From positions 1 to 37,441 of the forward strand of contig JANLOX010000013.1 of assembly GCA_031366795.1 (NCBI GenBank): 37,441 bases of DNA, given 5' to 3'. Under the pieces are notes generated by a model that was given only the letters and a program-made list of their open reading frames with translations, searched no databases and was not told the DNA's origin. This document shows, in pieces, positions 1 to 8,506 of the stretch; the first letter of the stretch is position 1; each line of letters opens with the position of its first letter. The stretch is from Candidatus Eiseniibacteriota bacterium. GTDB lineage: Bacteria; Eisenbacteria; RBG-16-71-46. Both the position numbers and the translations under genes were made by a program.

Positions 1-2
1 CA

Positions 3-1871
3 TCGAGCAGCACTCCCATTCGTTCCTGGCTCGTATGCCCGGGGGGGCCCCTGTGCACTGTCCCGCATTGGATGCGGTCGCAGACTCAATCGGTGCGCGA
101 GGCAATATCCGCCTGGTGGTACACTCCACACGGCGCCTCGCTGTCGGCCGCTCCCGCGACGACGCAGGGCCTTCAGTCGGTCACGCTCAGCCAGGTCTAC
201 ACGCCCGGGGGCGGCGGCGGCGGCGCGAGTGGCCTCAACCATTCGTTCATCGAACTCCACAATCGCACGGACGTCGCCGTATCCGTCGACGGTTGGACCG
301 TGCAGTTCTCGCAGACGACCGGAACTCCATGGATGACGACGCCGCTCTCCGGCAGCATCCTGGCGGGCGGCTACTATCTCGTTCAGGAGGGCAACTTCGT
401 TGCCAGCGGCATCGCACTGCCGACGCCCGATGCCATGGGAACGTTTTTCATGACCCCCTCCATGGGCAAGGTGGCACTGGTCAGCTCCGCGACCCCGATC
501 GTTGACTGCGTCGCGGGGTCTCCCGTCCTCGACCTCATGGCGTGGGGGGCCGCGGATTGCGCCGAGGGCGTGCCGACGCCGTCGATGACGCCTCTAATGG
601 CGAATGTTCGCGGGGGAGAAGGCTGCGATGACACCGACAACAACGCAGCCGACTTTACGCGCGCTTCGCCGATGCCGCGCAATACCGCCTCTCCCGCGGT
701 CTCCTGCGTGCTGCCGCCAACCGGGTCCGCTCAGGCCGATCCCGTGCCCGTGGTCGCGGATCATGCGACGTTGCTCACGGTGAACGTAACGTCCGGCAGC
801 AACCCGCCAAGCACGGGCCTGCAGGTGTTCGCCGATCTCAGCGCGGTGGGTGGTTCCGGGGCCGAGCCCATGTTCGACGACGGCACCCACGGCGATACGA
901 CCTCGGCCGACGATGTGTTCAGTCTCACGACCGTGCTTCCGCTGAACACGCCGGGAGGGGCGCACACGGTCGGGTTCACGATCGCCGATGCGCAGTCGCG
1001 CGAATCCACGACGTTCGTCGAGCTCGAAGTACTTGCCGCCGTCGTCGTGAGCCAGATCTACACCCCGGGCGGTGGCGGAGGCGGGCAGCAGGGGTACAAC
1101 CATTCCTACATCGAGCTGCACAATCGCGCGAATGGTGCGGTGCCGATCGATGGCTGGACCGTCCAGTACGCATCGTCATCCGGCGGCCCGTGGACGGTGA
1201 CCCCGCTGAGCGGCACGATTGCCCCCGGTGGATACTTCATGGTCGAGGAGGGCAATTTTGTCGGCAGCGGACAATCGCTCCCTCCACCGGACCTCGTCGG
1301 TACAACCTTCATGGTCCCGGCTAGCGGCATCGTGGCCCTGCTGGCGAACGCCGACCCGATGACCGGCTGCGGAGCGGGGTTGGCGCTCGCGGATCTCGTG
1401 GGCTACGGCGGCTCCGGATGCTTCGAGGGCTCGGGCACCGCGCAGTCGATGACGCCGACGATCGCGAGCTTCCGCAAGGGCGACGGCTGCCGGGACACGG
1501 ATGTGAACTCGGACGACTTCCTGCGGGGCACCCCGGCGCCGCGGAATTCGGCGAGCCCGCCGGCGGTGTGCACGCAGACGACTGCGGTGCCCTCGCCAGC
1601 CCTGGGAGTGTTCGCGCTGCGCGACATCACGCCGAACCCCGCTCGCGACGTCGTCATGATCCAGTTCACGCTCGCGAATAATGGCCCTGCCACGCTAGCG
1701 CTGGTCGATCTCGCGGGGCGCGTGGTGGCCAGGCGGGATGTGGGCGGCCTCGGGCGGGGGGAACACGTCGTGCGTTTCGGGGAACTCGCGCGGCTTTCGC
1801 CGGGAGTCTATTTCGCGCGCCTTCGCCGGTTCGGAACAGTCGCGAACGGCCAGGTGATCATCACGCGCTGA
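3..1871 (+). CDS. Secreted protein with two lamin-tail (LTD) domains, a choice-of-anchor-X-like module and a C-terminal T9SS-A/FlgD-Ig-like domain; probably 5'-partial
   Basis: Two repeats, SQVYTPGGGGGG..NHSFIELHNR..VDGWTVQF and SQIYTPGGGGGG..NHSYIELHNR..IDGWTVQY, each followed by DTDxNxxDF..P.PRN. MFDDGTHGDTTSADDVFS lies between them. The C-terminus reads PNPAR..DLAGR..PGVYFARL. The frame of ORF 72..1871 is open back to the window edge and Met72 has no signal peptide, so the true start is likely upstream. Confidence 0.8.
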   Translation, partial: SSSTPIRSWLVCPGGPLCTVPHWMRSQTQSVREAISAWWYTPHGASLSAAPATTQGLQSVTLSQVYTPGGGGGGASGLNHSFIELHNRTDVAVSVDGWTVQFSQTTGTPWMTTPLSGSILAGGYYLVQEGNFVASGIALPTPDAMGTFFMTPSMGKVALVSSATPIVDCVAGSPVLDLMAWGAADCAEGVPTPSMTPLMANVRGGEGCDDTDNNAADFTRASPMPRNTASPAVSCVLPPTGSAQADPVPVVADHATLLTVNVTSGSNPPSTGLQVFADLSAVGGSGAEPMFDDGTHGDTTSADDVFSLTTVLPLNTPGGAHTVGFTIADAQSRESTTFVELEVLAAVVVSQIYTPGGGGGGQQGYNHSYIELHNRANGAVPIDGWTVQYASSSGGPWTVTPLSGTIAPGGYFMVEEGNFVGSGQSLPPPDLVGTTFMVPASGIVALLANADPMTGCGAGLALADLVGYGGSGCFEGSGTAQSMTPTIASFRKGDGCRDTDVNSDDFLRGTPAPRNSASPPAVCTQTTAVPSPALGVFALRDITPNPARDVVMIQFTLANNGPATLALVDLAGRVVARRDVGGLGRGEHVVRFGELARLSPGVYFARLRRFGTVANGQVIITR

Positions 1872-1880
1872 AGCGGTCAT

Positions 1881-1918
1881 GCCGATGGACGCGCGGGGGC
1901 TCGCGCGCGCCCATCGGT
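1881..1918 (+). terminator. GC-rich hairpin after the LTD gene (possible intrinsic terminator)
   Basis: GCCGATGG(A)CGCGCG...CGCGCG(C)CCATCGGT inverted repeat 10 nt after the stop codon; only a weak U tract. Confidence 0.45.
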
Positions 1919-2058
1919 TGACTTCACCGTCAGATGATCCGCGGCGAATGCCACCGTCGCGTCGTGATAGTTGCGGTCCTGCGAAGGCCGCGGATAGGAT
2001 CGCTGGCGAGACGCGCCAATCCCTTCCGATCCGATGAACTTCCGCGAGGTCCCCCTCC

Positions 2059-4092
2059 ATGCATACGCTCCAGCCGGCCCGGCTCAAGCCCGGTGTGACG
2101 CCCGATTCCCTGGCGGCTCCCCAGTCGAAGGAATCGACCGCGAGTACCACGGCGAAGCTCACCGGCCGCGCGCGGGTGTTCTGGGACCCGAAGGTTCCGG
2201 GTACGAAGCTCGACGCCATCGACACCGACCAGATCACGCCCGCTGCCGACTGCGTCTCGGAGAGTCTCGACACGCTCGATGAGCGCTGGAAGGCCGGTTC
2301 GTTCCGCTACCTGATGCCGGACTTCCGCGCGCGCGTGCACCGTGGCGAGACGTTCGTGATCGCGGGCGACCGCTTCGCCATCGGCTCCTCGCGCGAGATG
2401 AGCCCCGCAGGGCTGAAGGGCGTGGCCGAAGAGGCCGGGCTCGAGCTGGTGATCGTGTGCGGCAACAACATGGGCGACATCTTCCGGCGCAACGCCTTCA
2501 ACCTGGGGCTGCACGTGGTGCAAAGCCCCGAAGCGGTCGCGGATGCGCAGGAAGGCGACGAGTTCGCGTTCGACCCCGACACCCGCGCGCTCACCAACGT
2601 GACGCGCAGCAAGCACTACACGCCGGTGCCGTTGACGCCGAAAGAGGACGAGATCCGCCGCTCGGGTGGCATCTTCGCGCTCGGCCGCCGCGAGTTCGCC
2701 GAGTCCGTCGTAAACCCGCCGAAGCTCCAGTGGCCCGACGCCTCGACCGCGCGCAAGCTGACGACGACCGAGCAGATCCTGTGGGCGCATCGTGTCGACA
2801 AGAGCGCCGAGGTGCGCGCCGGCGCCACGTTGCGCATTTACGCCGACCTGTTGCCGGCGAGCGACGGCACGGCGCCGTTCTCGATCCACACCTTCAACCA
2901 GATCACCGGCGGCAATGCGATCTGGCCACGCCAGCTGGCGATCGCCAACGATCACTTCGTGTTCACCGGTGTGGCGGCGGACGACAAGCAGACGAGTATC
3001 GGCCGCGAGTTCGCGCGCGTGCATCAAATCGAGAAGCCGTACTACGCGACCGCCGGCGATGGCATCTTCCACTTCTATTTCCCCGAGCAGGGTCTCGTCT
3101 ACCCGGGCATGATGATCCCCGGCGCCGACTCGCACTCGCGCGCCTATGGCGCCTATGGCGCGATCGGCATCGGCGTGGGTTCGACGACGCTCGGCTTCGG
3201 CTGGAGCACCGGCTACATCTACACGACCGTCGCCAAGCCGCGGCGCGTGGTGTTCAAGGGCGCCCTGCAGCCGTGGGTAAGCGGCAAGGATCTCGTGCTG
3301 GAGCTGTTGCGCCGCTGGGGCTCGAAGCAATCACAGGGCATGAGCGTCGAGTTCGTCGACGCCGACATGCAGTTACCGGTCGCCTACCGCAACACCATTT
3401 GCAACATGATGGCCGAGGCCGAGAGCTACAACGGCATCTTCGCGCCCGACGACATCACCTACGCATGGTTCGCGGCCAAGGGCATGAAGGACCTGCCCTA
3501 CCCGCGCATCGCTCCCGGCGCCGACGTGCAGTGGGAGATCGACGAGACCTTGGTCTTGGGAGACGTTCGTCCGATGATCGCCAAGCCCTTCAGCCCCGGC
3601 AACGCCTTCCCGGCGACCGAGGTGGCGAAAGAGCGCATCGGCTTCGACAAAGCCATGATCGGCTCGTGCACGAATGGCGGCTACGACGACCTGCTGAGCG
3701 CAGCGCTCGTGCTCAAGGCGGCTCGCGCCGCGGGCCGCACGAAGGCGGTCACGGAATTCGTGATCTTCCCGGGCTCGGGTGGCGTGAAGCGCCAGATCGA
3801 GCAGCCCGACGCGCGCTTGAACGGCGAGAGCATCGCCGACGTGTTCCGCGCAGTGGGCGGCCAGATCCGCGAGAGCTGGTGCGGCCCGTGTTTCGGCCAG
3901 GGCCCCGATTCGTTGAAGGCCGGCCAGCGCGCCATCACCAGCTTCAACCGCAACTGGACGAACCGCATGGGACTCGGCGGCGAGGGCTATCTCGCCTCGC
4001 CCAGCGTGGTCGCCGCCAGTGCGATGCTCGGCTACATGGCACCGCCCTCGGAACTCGGCCTCGTGTGGGAGCCGGAGGCATTCGCGGTCTGA
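2059..4092 (+). CDS. Aconitase-family [4Fe-4S] dehydratase/isomerase with the small subunit (LeuD/HacB-like) fused N-terminal to the large subunit (LeuC/HacA-like)
   Basis: The N-terminal part has IDTDQITP, GxxFAIGSSRE and IFRRNAFNLGL (swivel domain). The C-terminal part has TTEQIL, DH, GIFH, GADSHS, GKDLVL, NMMAE, the cluster ligands IGSCTNG and CGPC, and NRN..RMG..YLASP. Confidence 0.9.
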   Translation: MHTLQPARLKPGVTPDSLAAPQSKESTASTTAKLTGRARVFWDPKVPGTKLDAIDTDQITPAADCVSESLDTLDERWKAGSFRYLMPDFRARVHRGETFVIAGDRFAIGSSREMSPAGLKGVAEEAGLELVIVCGNNMGDIFRRNAFNLGLHVVQSPEAVADAQEGDEFAFDPDTRALTNVTRSKHYTPVPLTPKEDEIRRSGGIFALGRREFAESVVNPPKLQWPDASTARKLTTTEQILWAHRVDKSAEVRAGATLRIYADLLPASDGTAPFSIHTFNQITGGNAIWPRQLAIANDHFVFTGVAADDKQTSIGREFARVHQIEKPYYATAGDGIFHFYFPEQGLVYPGMMIPGADSHSRAYGAYGAIGIGVGSTTLGFGWSTGYIYTTVAKPRRVVFKGALQPWVSGKDLVLELLRRWGSKQSQGMSVEFVDADMQLPVAYRNTICNMMAEAESYNGIFAPDDITYAWFAAKGMKDLPYPRIAPGADVQWEIDETLVLGDVRPMIAKPFSPGNAFPATEVAKERIGFDKAMIGSCTNGGYDDLLSAALVLKAARAAGRTKAVTEFVIFPGSGGVKRQIEQPDARLNGESIADVFRAVGGQIRESWCGPCFGQGPDSLKAGQRAITSFNRNWTNRMGLGGEGYLASPSVVAASAMLGYMAPPSELGLVWEPEAFAV

Positions 4093-4181
4093 CGCGCTGC
4101 GGTAGCGATACACGCTGGCCACATCGATTGCTGCCACGCGCGTCCGCCCCGGGCGATGTTCGGCGGGGGAGGCTCACGGTG

Positions 4182-4705
4182 ATGCGGATGCTCGGACTCA
4201 TAGGCGGCATCGCGCCGGAATCGAGGATCGCGCCTTCGCCTCGAACACGCCGCACCTCGTGTTCGACGCCGTGGCGCGCCACTCGGCGATCCCGCTCGTC
4301 AGCATCGTCGAGGTCACCGCCGCGCACGTCGCGCGCCTGGGCCTGCGCCGCGTCGGTTTGCTCGGCGGGCGCTTCACGATGGAGGCGCCGTTTTATCCCG
4401 AGGTGATGAGAGCGCGCGGCATCACCGTCGTGACCCCGCCGCACGAGGATCATGACGAGATCCACCGCATCTACTTCGACGAGCTCGTCCACGGCGAATT
4501 CCGCCCGGAGTCGCGCGCCGTGCTACTCGGCGTCATCGAGCGATTGCACGGGCGCGAGAACATCGAAGCCGTGATCCTCGGTGGAACCGAATTGCCGCTG
4601 ATCCTCGAGGAAGATTCGGCCGTTGTGCCCTTGCTCGACACGACGCGTATCCACGTCGCGGCGCTGTTGAAGCGGGCGTGGGATGGCGGGCAGGGCCGGC
4701 CCTAA
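4182..4705 (+). pseudogene. Asp/Glu racemase family gene with an internal deletion and frameshift
   Basis: GGAGG RBS, then ATG 4182 MRMLGLIGGIAPES (racemase N-terminal motif). The sequence changes frame at about 4224-4231 into AFASNTPHLVFD..IPLVSI..VGLLGGRFTM..AVILGGTELPL..LLDTTRIH. About 60 codons are missing relative to the typical ~230 aa length. Confidence 0.8.
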
Positions 4706-5811
4706 GCCGCCTCAGCGCGCGGCGGCAGCTGCGCCTGCACTGCCGCCGGCTGCTGCGCGCGCATCGCACCCCCCAGTGGATCGCGGTTCGCGAGGTATGC
4801 CGCCGCTTCTTCAGGCGACACCGTGCCCTCGCGTACCAGCTTCGTGATGGCGTCGTCCAGCGTCTGCATGCCTTCCTTGCGGCCGGTCTGCATGACGGAG
4901 GTCAGCTGGTAGGTCTTGCGCTCGCGCACGAGTGCGGCGACGGCGTAGGTGCCGACGAGCACTTCGAGCCCGAGCACGCGTCCGTGGCCGTCGGCGCGCT
5001 GCAACAGCCGTTGAGCGACGACACAGCGCAGCGAGTCAGCGAGCATGACGCGCACCTGGGTCTGGCGCTCGCCGTCGAACGAATCGAGAATGCGGTCCAC
5101 CGTCTGCGAGGCGCTGGGGGTGTGCAGCGTGGCGAACACCAGCTGGCCGGTCGCGGCCGCAGTCAACGCCAGCGCCATCGTTTCGGCATCGCGCATCTCG
5201 CCGATCATGATGACATCCGGATCCTCGCGCAGCGCCGCCCGCAGCGCGCGCGCGAAGCTCGGCGAGTGCTTGCCCACTTCGCGGTGCGTGATGATCGACT
5301 GGTGGTTGTTGTGGCGGTACTCGATCGGGTCCTCGATCGTGAGGATGTGTTTGCGCTGGTGATGATTGATGTGGTCGAGCAGGGCCGCGAGTGTCGTCGA
5401 CTTGCCGGAGCCCGGGGGGCCGGTGACCACGACGAGGCCGCGCTTCAGCGTGGTGAGCTGCAGCAGTTGCGTGGGCAGCCCGATTTCCTCGGTGGTCAGG
5501 ATGCGGCTCGGCAACACGCGAACCGCCGCGGCGAGTCCCATGTGGTGATGGAATACATTGCAGCGCACGCGCAGCGAGCCCGGCACTTCGTAGGCGAAGT
5601 CGACGTCATGATCCCGCTCGAGGCGCGCGCGGGCGTCCGTGTCCATGATCTCGCCGAGCATAAGTTGGATGAGTTCCTGCGAGATGCTGCTGCCCGTGAG
5701 CGGTTCGATCTGGCCGTTGATGCGCACCATCGGCGGGCTGCCGGGTCGGATGTGGAGATCCGAAGCTCCCTGCTTGTGGACGATCTCGAGCAGCGCGTCG
5801 ATACGGGCCAT
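4702..5811 (-). CDS. pilT: Type IV pilus retraction ATPase, PilT/PilU family
   Basis: ASDLHI, Walker A GPPGSGKSTT, Asp box TIEDPIEY, ALREDPDVIMIGEMRD, His box ATLHT, an AIRNLIRE-like AVAALVRE, and GMQTLD. Confidence 0.93.
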   Translation of the reverse strand: MARIDALLEIVHKQGASDLHIRPGSPPMVRINGQIEPLTGSSISQELIQLMLGEIMDTDARARLERDHDVDFAYEVPGSLRVRCNVFHHHMGLAAAVRVLPSRILTTEEIGLPTQLLQLTTLKRGLVVVTGPPGSGKSTTLAALLDHINHHQRKHILTIEDPIEYRHNNHQSIITHREVGKHSPSFARALRAALREDPDVIMIGEMRDAETMALALTAAATGQLVFATLHTPSASQTVDRILDSFDGERQTQVRVMLADSLRCVVAQRLLQRADGHGRVLGLEVLVGTYAVAALVRERKTYQLTSVMQTGRKEGMQTLDDAITKLVREGTVSPEEAAAYLANRDPLGGAMRAQQPAAVQAQLPPRAEAA

Positions 5812-5904
5812 GGGATCTCGGGGCTCATTAGGTTTGTGGGACCGCGCAAAGGCGCTGCTCAGGGAAGCCAGACGCCCGATTCAGTCACAGTTGGTCCTAG
5901 GGCG

Positions 5905-5932
5905 GTATCGGCAAGTGAGGCGCTGGGCTGGA
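5905..5932 (-). promoter_or_regulatory. Sigma28 (FliA/SigD/WhiG)-like promoter facing pilT
   Basis: Minus strand reads TCCA-N16-GCCGATAC (consensus TAAA-N15/16-GCCGATAA), about 95 nt upstream of the pilT ATG. Confidence 0.55.
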
Positions 5933-5953
5933 GGGGAGCGCGCGGAAAGGGCC

Positions 5954-5981
5954 TCAATTCCTCGCCGCAATGTGCCGATAC
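5954..5981 (+). promoter_or_regulatory. Sigma28-like promoter facing the DUF6812-like gene (leaderless)
   Basis: TCAA-N16-GCCGATAC; the ATG at 5989 is 7 nt after the -10 box and has no SD sequence. Confidence 0.6.
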
Positions 5982-5988
5982 CCCCCGC

Positions 5989-6510
5989 ATGGGATTTTCC
6001 GAACGCATACCCGCCGCATACGTCGACAAGCTCTTGGTTCCGGCGCTGGTCCATCTGCCGGGCTGCGAGGCTGTCGCCGGTGCCTTCGCGCTGTCCCCGG
6101 CGAACCCGTTCCGCGAAGGGCCCGAGTCTCTGCTCGAATTGCTGAACAGCGCTGTGCGGGTGGTGCCCTTCATTCGGGACTCGGACGATGTCGTGATGCT
6201 GCTCGCGCGTGATGCGATCGATTGGGTCGAGGTGAGCCGCGACGTGGACCCGGCGTGGATCCATCCCGAATCATTCGTGGTGACGCGTGAAGAGGAAGTT
6301 CAGGTCCGCATGATCGAGGGTCAGGAACTCGAGGGCCGTGTCTCAATGGAATTGCCCGAACACCTGAACCGCGTGTCGGATTTCGTCAACCAGCTCGAAG
6401 ACTTCTTCCCGCTCGGCGCCGAGCGGGGTGTGCTGCTCATCAACAAGTCGCGGCTCGCCTGCCTGCGCCTGTTCGAGGGCTCCCCGCCGCCCGTCGCGGA
6501 GCAAGCCTAG
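5989..6510 (+). CDS. Hypothetical protein (173 aa) of two similar small beta modules, DUF6812-like
   Basis: This is the 3' part of ORF 4678..6510. The halves G.FAL..ESLLELLNSAVRVVPF..LLARDAIDWVEV and LEGRVSM..NRVSDFVNQLEDFFPL..LLINKSRL resemble each other. A terminator follows. Confidence 0.7.
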   Translation: MGFSERIPAAYVDKLLVPALVHLPGCEAVAGAFALSPANPFREGPESLLELLNSAVRVVPFIRDSDDVVMLLARDAIDWVEVSRDVDPAWIHPESFVVTREEEVQVRMIEGQELEGRVSMELPEHLNRVSDFVNQLEDFFPLGAERGVLLINKSRLACLRLFEGSPPPVAEQA

Positions 6511-6543
6511 CCCGAGCGGCGCCGTAGACTCGCATCGCCACAC

Positions 6544-6585
6544 ACACGAAAGCCCTCCTGGTTAGCGCCGGGAGGGCTTTCGTGT
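6544..6585. terminator. Bidirectional intrinsic terminator between convergent genes
   Basis: Perfect 15-bp inverted repeat ACACGAAAGCCCTCC / GGAGGGCTTTCGTGT. Confidence 0.85.
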
Positions 6586-6602
6586 TGACGCGGTGTTGAC
6601 GG

Positions 6603-7226
6603 CTACTTGGCCGCCACCTTCTCCACCGCCTCGATGTTCAGCACGATCTCGACGTCGTCGCCGAGCATGGCGCCACCGCTGTCCAGCACCTTGTTCCAAC
6701 TGATGCCGTAATCCTGGCGGTTAACCGTCGTGGTGGCAATGAAGCCGGCGCGCGTGCCCATGCTGCTGCCGCCCATCGAAATGTCACCGCTGCCGAGGAA
6801 CTCGACCGCCAGCGTCACCGGCTTAGTCACGCCGCGCATCGTCAGGTCACCGAGCACGTTGAAGTGGGTCTTGTCCTTGCCGGGGACGACCTTGGTGCTC
6901 TTGAAAGAGAACGCCGGGTACTTCTCGGTCCAGAAGAACGCATCCGAGCGGAGGTGATTGTCGCGGCGTTCGGTCTGCGTATTGATGCTGCTGTCGGCGA
7001 TGCTGACTTCGACGGTCGAGGCCGCGAGGTTCTTGTCGTCGTACACGATAGTGCCCGAGTAGTTCTCGAAGCGGCCATGCACCTTGCTGAAGAAGTGGCG
7101 GATGTTGAAGCCGACTTCCGAGTGCGAGCGGTCGATCGTGAACGTCTTGGGCGCCGCCGAGGCGAAGCTCGCGGAGAGGACCATGGCAAGAGCGCTGAGC
7201 GCGGCGAAGCGGATTGCGAGCTTCAT
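6603..7226 (-). CDS. yceI: YceI family periplasmic polyisoprenoid-binding protein (207 aa)
   Basis: AGGAGA RBS, signal peptide MKLAIRFAALSALAMVLSASFASA, then IDRSHSEVGF.IRH, GRF, SINT..RDNHLRS..FF..KYP, GDLTMRGVTKPV and NRQDYGISWN. Confidence 0.92.
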   Translation of the reverse strand: MKLAIRFAALSALAMVLSASFASAAPKTFTIDRSHSEVGFNIRHFFSKVHGRFENYSGTIVYDDKNLAASTVEVSIADSSINTQTERRDNHLRSDAFFWTEKYPAFSFKSTKVVPGKDKTHFNVLGDLTMRGVTKPVTLAVEFLGSGDISMGGSSMGTRAGFIATTTVNRQDYGISWNKVLDSGGAMLGDDVEIVLNIEAVEKVAAK

Positions 7227-7448
7227 GTGTTCTCCTTGAGGTGAGCGTGCGGCCCACGTGCTGCGGCCAGTGTATTCGTCCGGGAGCATCCATTGAGATG
7301 CAGGCCGATGCGATCGAGATTGCGTGTTGAACCACGAATTGACGTGGACTTGAAATTGTCCGGAGTCGACCCCCGCAGGAGTTCCCGCCGCGCCCTGAAC
7401 TAACCCCGTGTGGCGGGTTTGGCCACAGGGCGCTAGCATGGGAGCCCA

Positions 7449-8462
7449 GTGTTCACTCTCGAAGACGTCCCCCAGGAACTCCGCGATCTGCTCGGCAAGC
7501 GCATCCGCACGTTGGGATTGCGCATTGAGGGGTCCCGCGTCGAGCGGTTCGTCCAACAGCTCCACCGCGAGCTGGAGCGGAAGAAGCTCAACAAGTTCCG
7601 CCCGGTCTGCTACCTCACCGATGAGTGGGGTTGCCCCGACGGCGAGCCGGTGATCGGCATCCCGTTCTACCTTGCGGACCCGCGCCTGTCGCAGATCGAG
7701 AAGCTGGCGAATGACCTGGAGAGCGACCGCCAGATCATGATGTACATGCGTCACGAAGCGGGACACGCGCTCAACTACGCCTACCAGTTGCACCGCACGC
7801 CCGAGTGGCGGCGGTTGTTCGGGCCCTACCATCGGGCCTATCGCGATCACTACCGCCCCATCCAGTTCAGCCGCAAATATGTGCGGCATATCGAGGGTTG
7901 GTACGCGCAGAAACACCCCGACGAAGACTTTGCGGAAACCTTCGCAGTGTGGCTCACGCCACGCTCGAACTGGCGGACGACCTATCGCGCTTGGCCCGCG
8001 ATCCGTAAATTGCGGTATGTTGACCGGGTGGCGCGTGAACTACGCGACCGCGACCCTGTCGTGCCCACGGGTGCATTCGACCTGACGGTGGACGACATGC
8101 GGCTCACGGTCGAGGAATTCTACCGCCGCACCAGCCGCCAGGACGGGGCCGCGATCAATGTCAGTCTCGATGCCGATCTGGCCGATTTCTTCCCAAAACA
8201 GGGGCGGCGGCGAACGGGTGTCCGCCCGGCGGCGGACCTGCTCGAGGAATTGCGGCCGCTGCTGACGGACAAGATCACCTATTGGACGGGCGTGAAACGC
8301 CCAATCGTGCGTGCCTTGATCGAGCGCATGACGCGTAGCTGCAAAGAGTTGAACCTGGTCGCCGAAGTGGGGCGGGAACAACAGTACGCCGTCGAAATGA
8401 CGGCCTATGGCACCACGCTGGCGATGAATTATCTGACGCGCGGTAAGTTCTTTCACGGATGA
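7449..8462 (+). CDS. Putative cytoplasmic zinc-binding (zincin-like) metallopeptidase
   Basis: HEAGH zinc motif (7752-7766) and downstream WYAQKHPDEDFAETFAVWL; GTG start with GGGAG upstream; no signal peptide. Confidence 0.8.
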   Translation: MFTLEDVPQELRDLLGKRIRTLGLRIEGSRVERFVQQLHRELERKKLNKFRPVCYLTDEWGCPDGEPVIGIPFYLADPRLSQIEKLANDLESDRQIMMYMRHEAGHALNYAYQLHRTPEWRRLFGPYHRAYRDHYRPIQFSRKYVRHIEGWYAQKHPDEDFAETFAVWLTPRSNWRTTYRAWPAIRKLRYVDRVARELRDRDPVVPTGAFDLTVDDMRLTVEEFYRRTSRQDGAAINVSLDADLADFFPKQGRRRTGVRPAADLLEELRPLLTDKITYWTGVKRPIVRALIERMTRSCKELNLVAEVGREQQYAVEMTAYGTTLAMNYLTRGKFFHG

Positions 8463-8506
8463 TCCTTCAGCCCCCGTAAGGATTCGGGGGCGAGCGCGGA
8501 GGATGT

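Noticed and set aside
2457..4406. 649-aa and other long Arg/Ala-rich alternative-frame ORFs throughout the window (e.g. 1930..3330, 22271..23473, 24622..26031)
   Set aside because: These are typical high-GC shadow ORFs overlapping well-supported genes. The one exception is the short racemase N-terminus at 4182-4223.
4678..5988. 610-aa plus-strand ORF 4678..6510 as a single gene
   Set aside because: The first 437 codons are the antisense shadow of pilT; only 5989..6510 looks like a real protein.
7285..7360. Short palindromes upstream of yceI (GCATC-N6-GATGC, CCACG-N6-CGTGG) as an operator or riboswitch
   Set aside because: The arms are only 5 bp, no regulator gene is adjacent, and I recognise no riboswitch consensus.
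7227..7916. N-terminal extension of YceI to 437 aa
   Set aside because: It overlaps the peptidase on the opposite strand. The RBS and signal peptide place the start at 7226.
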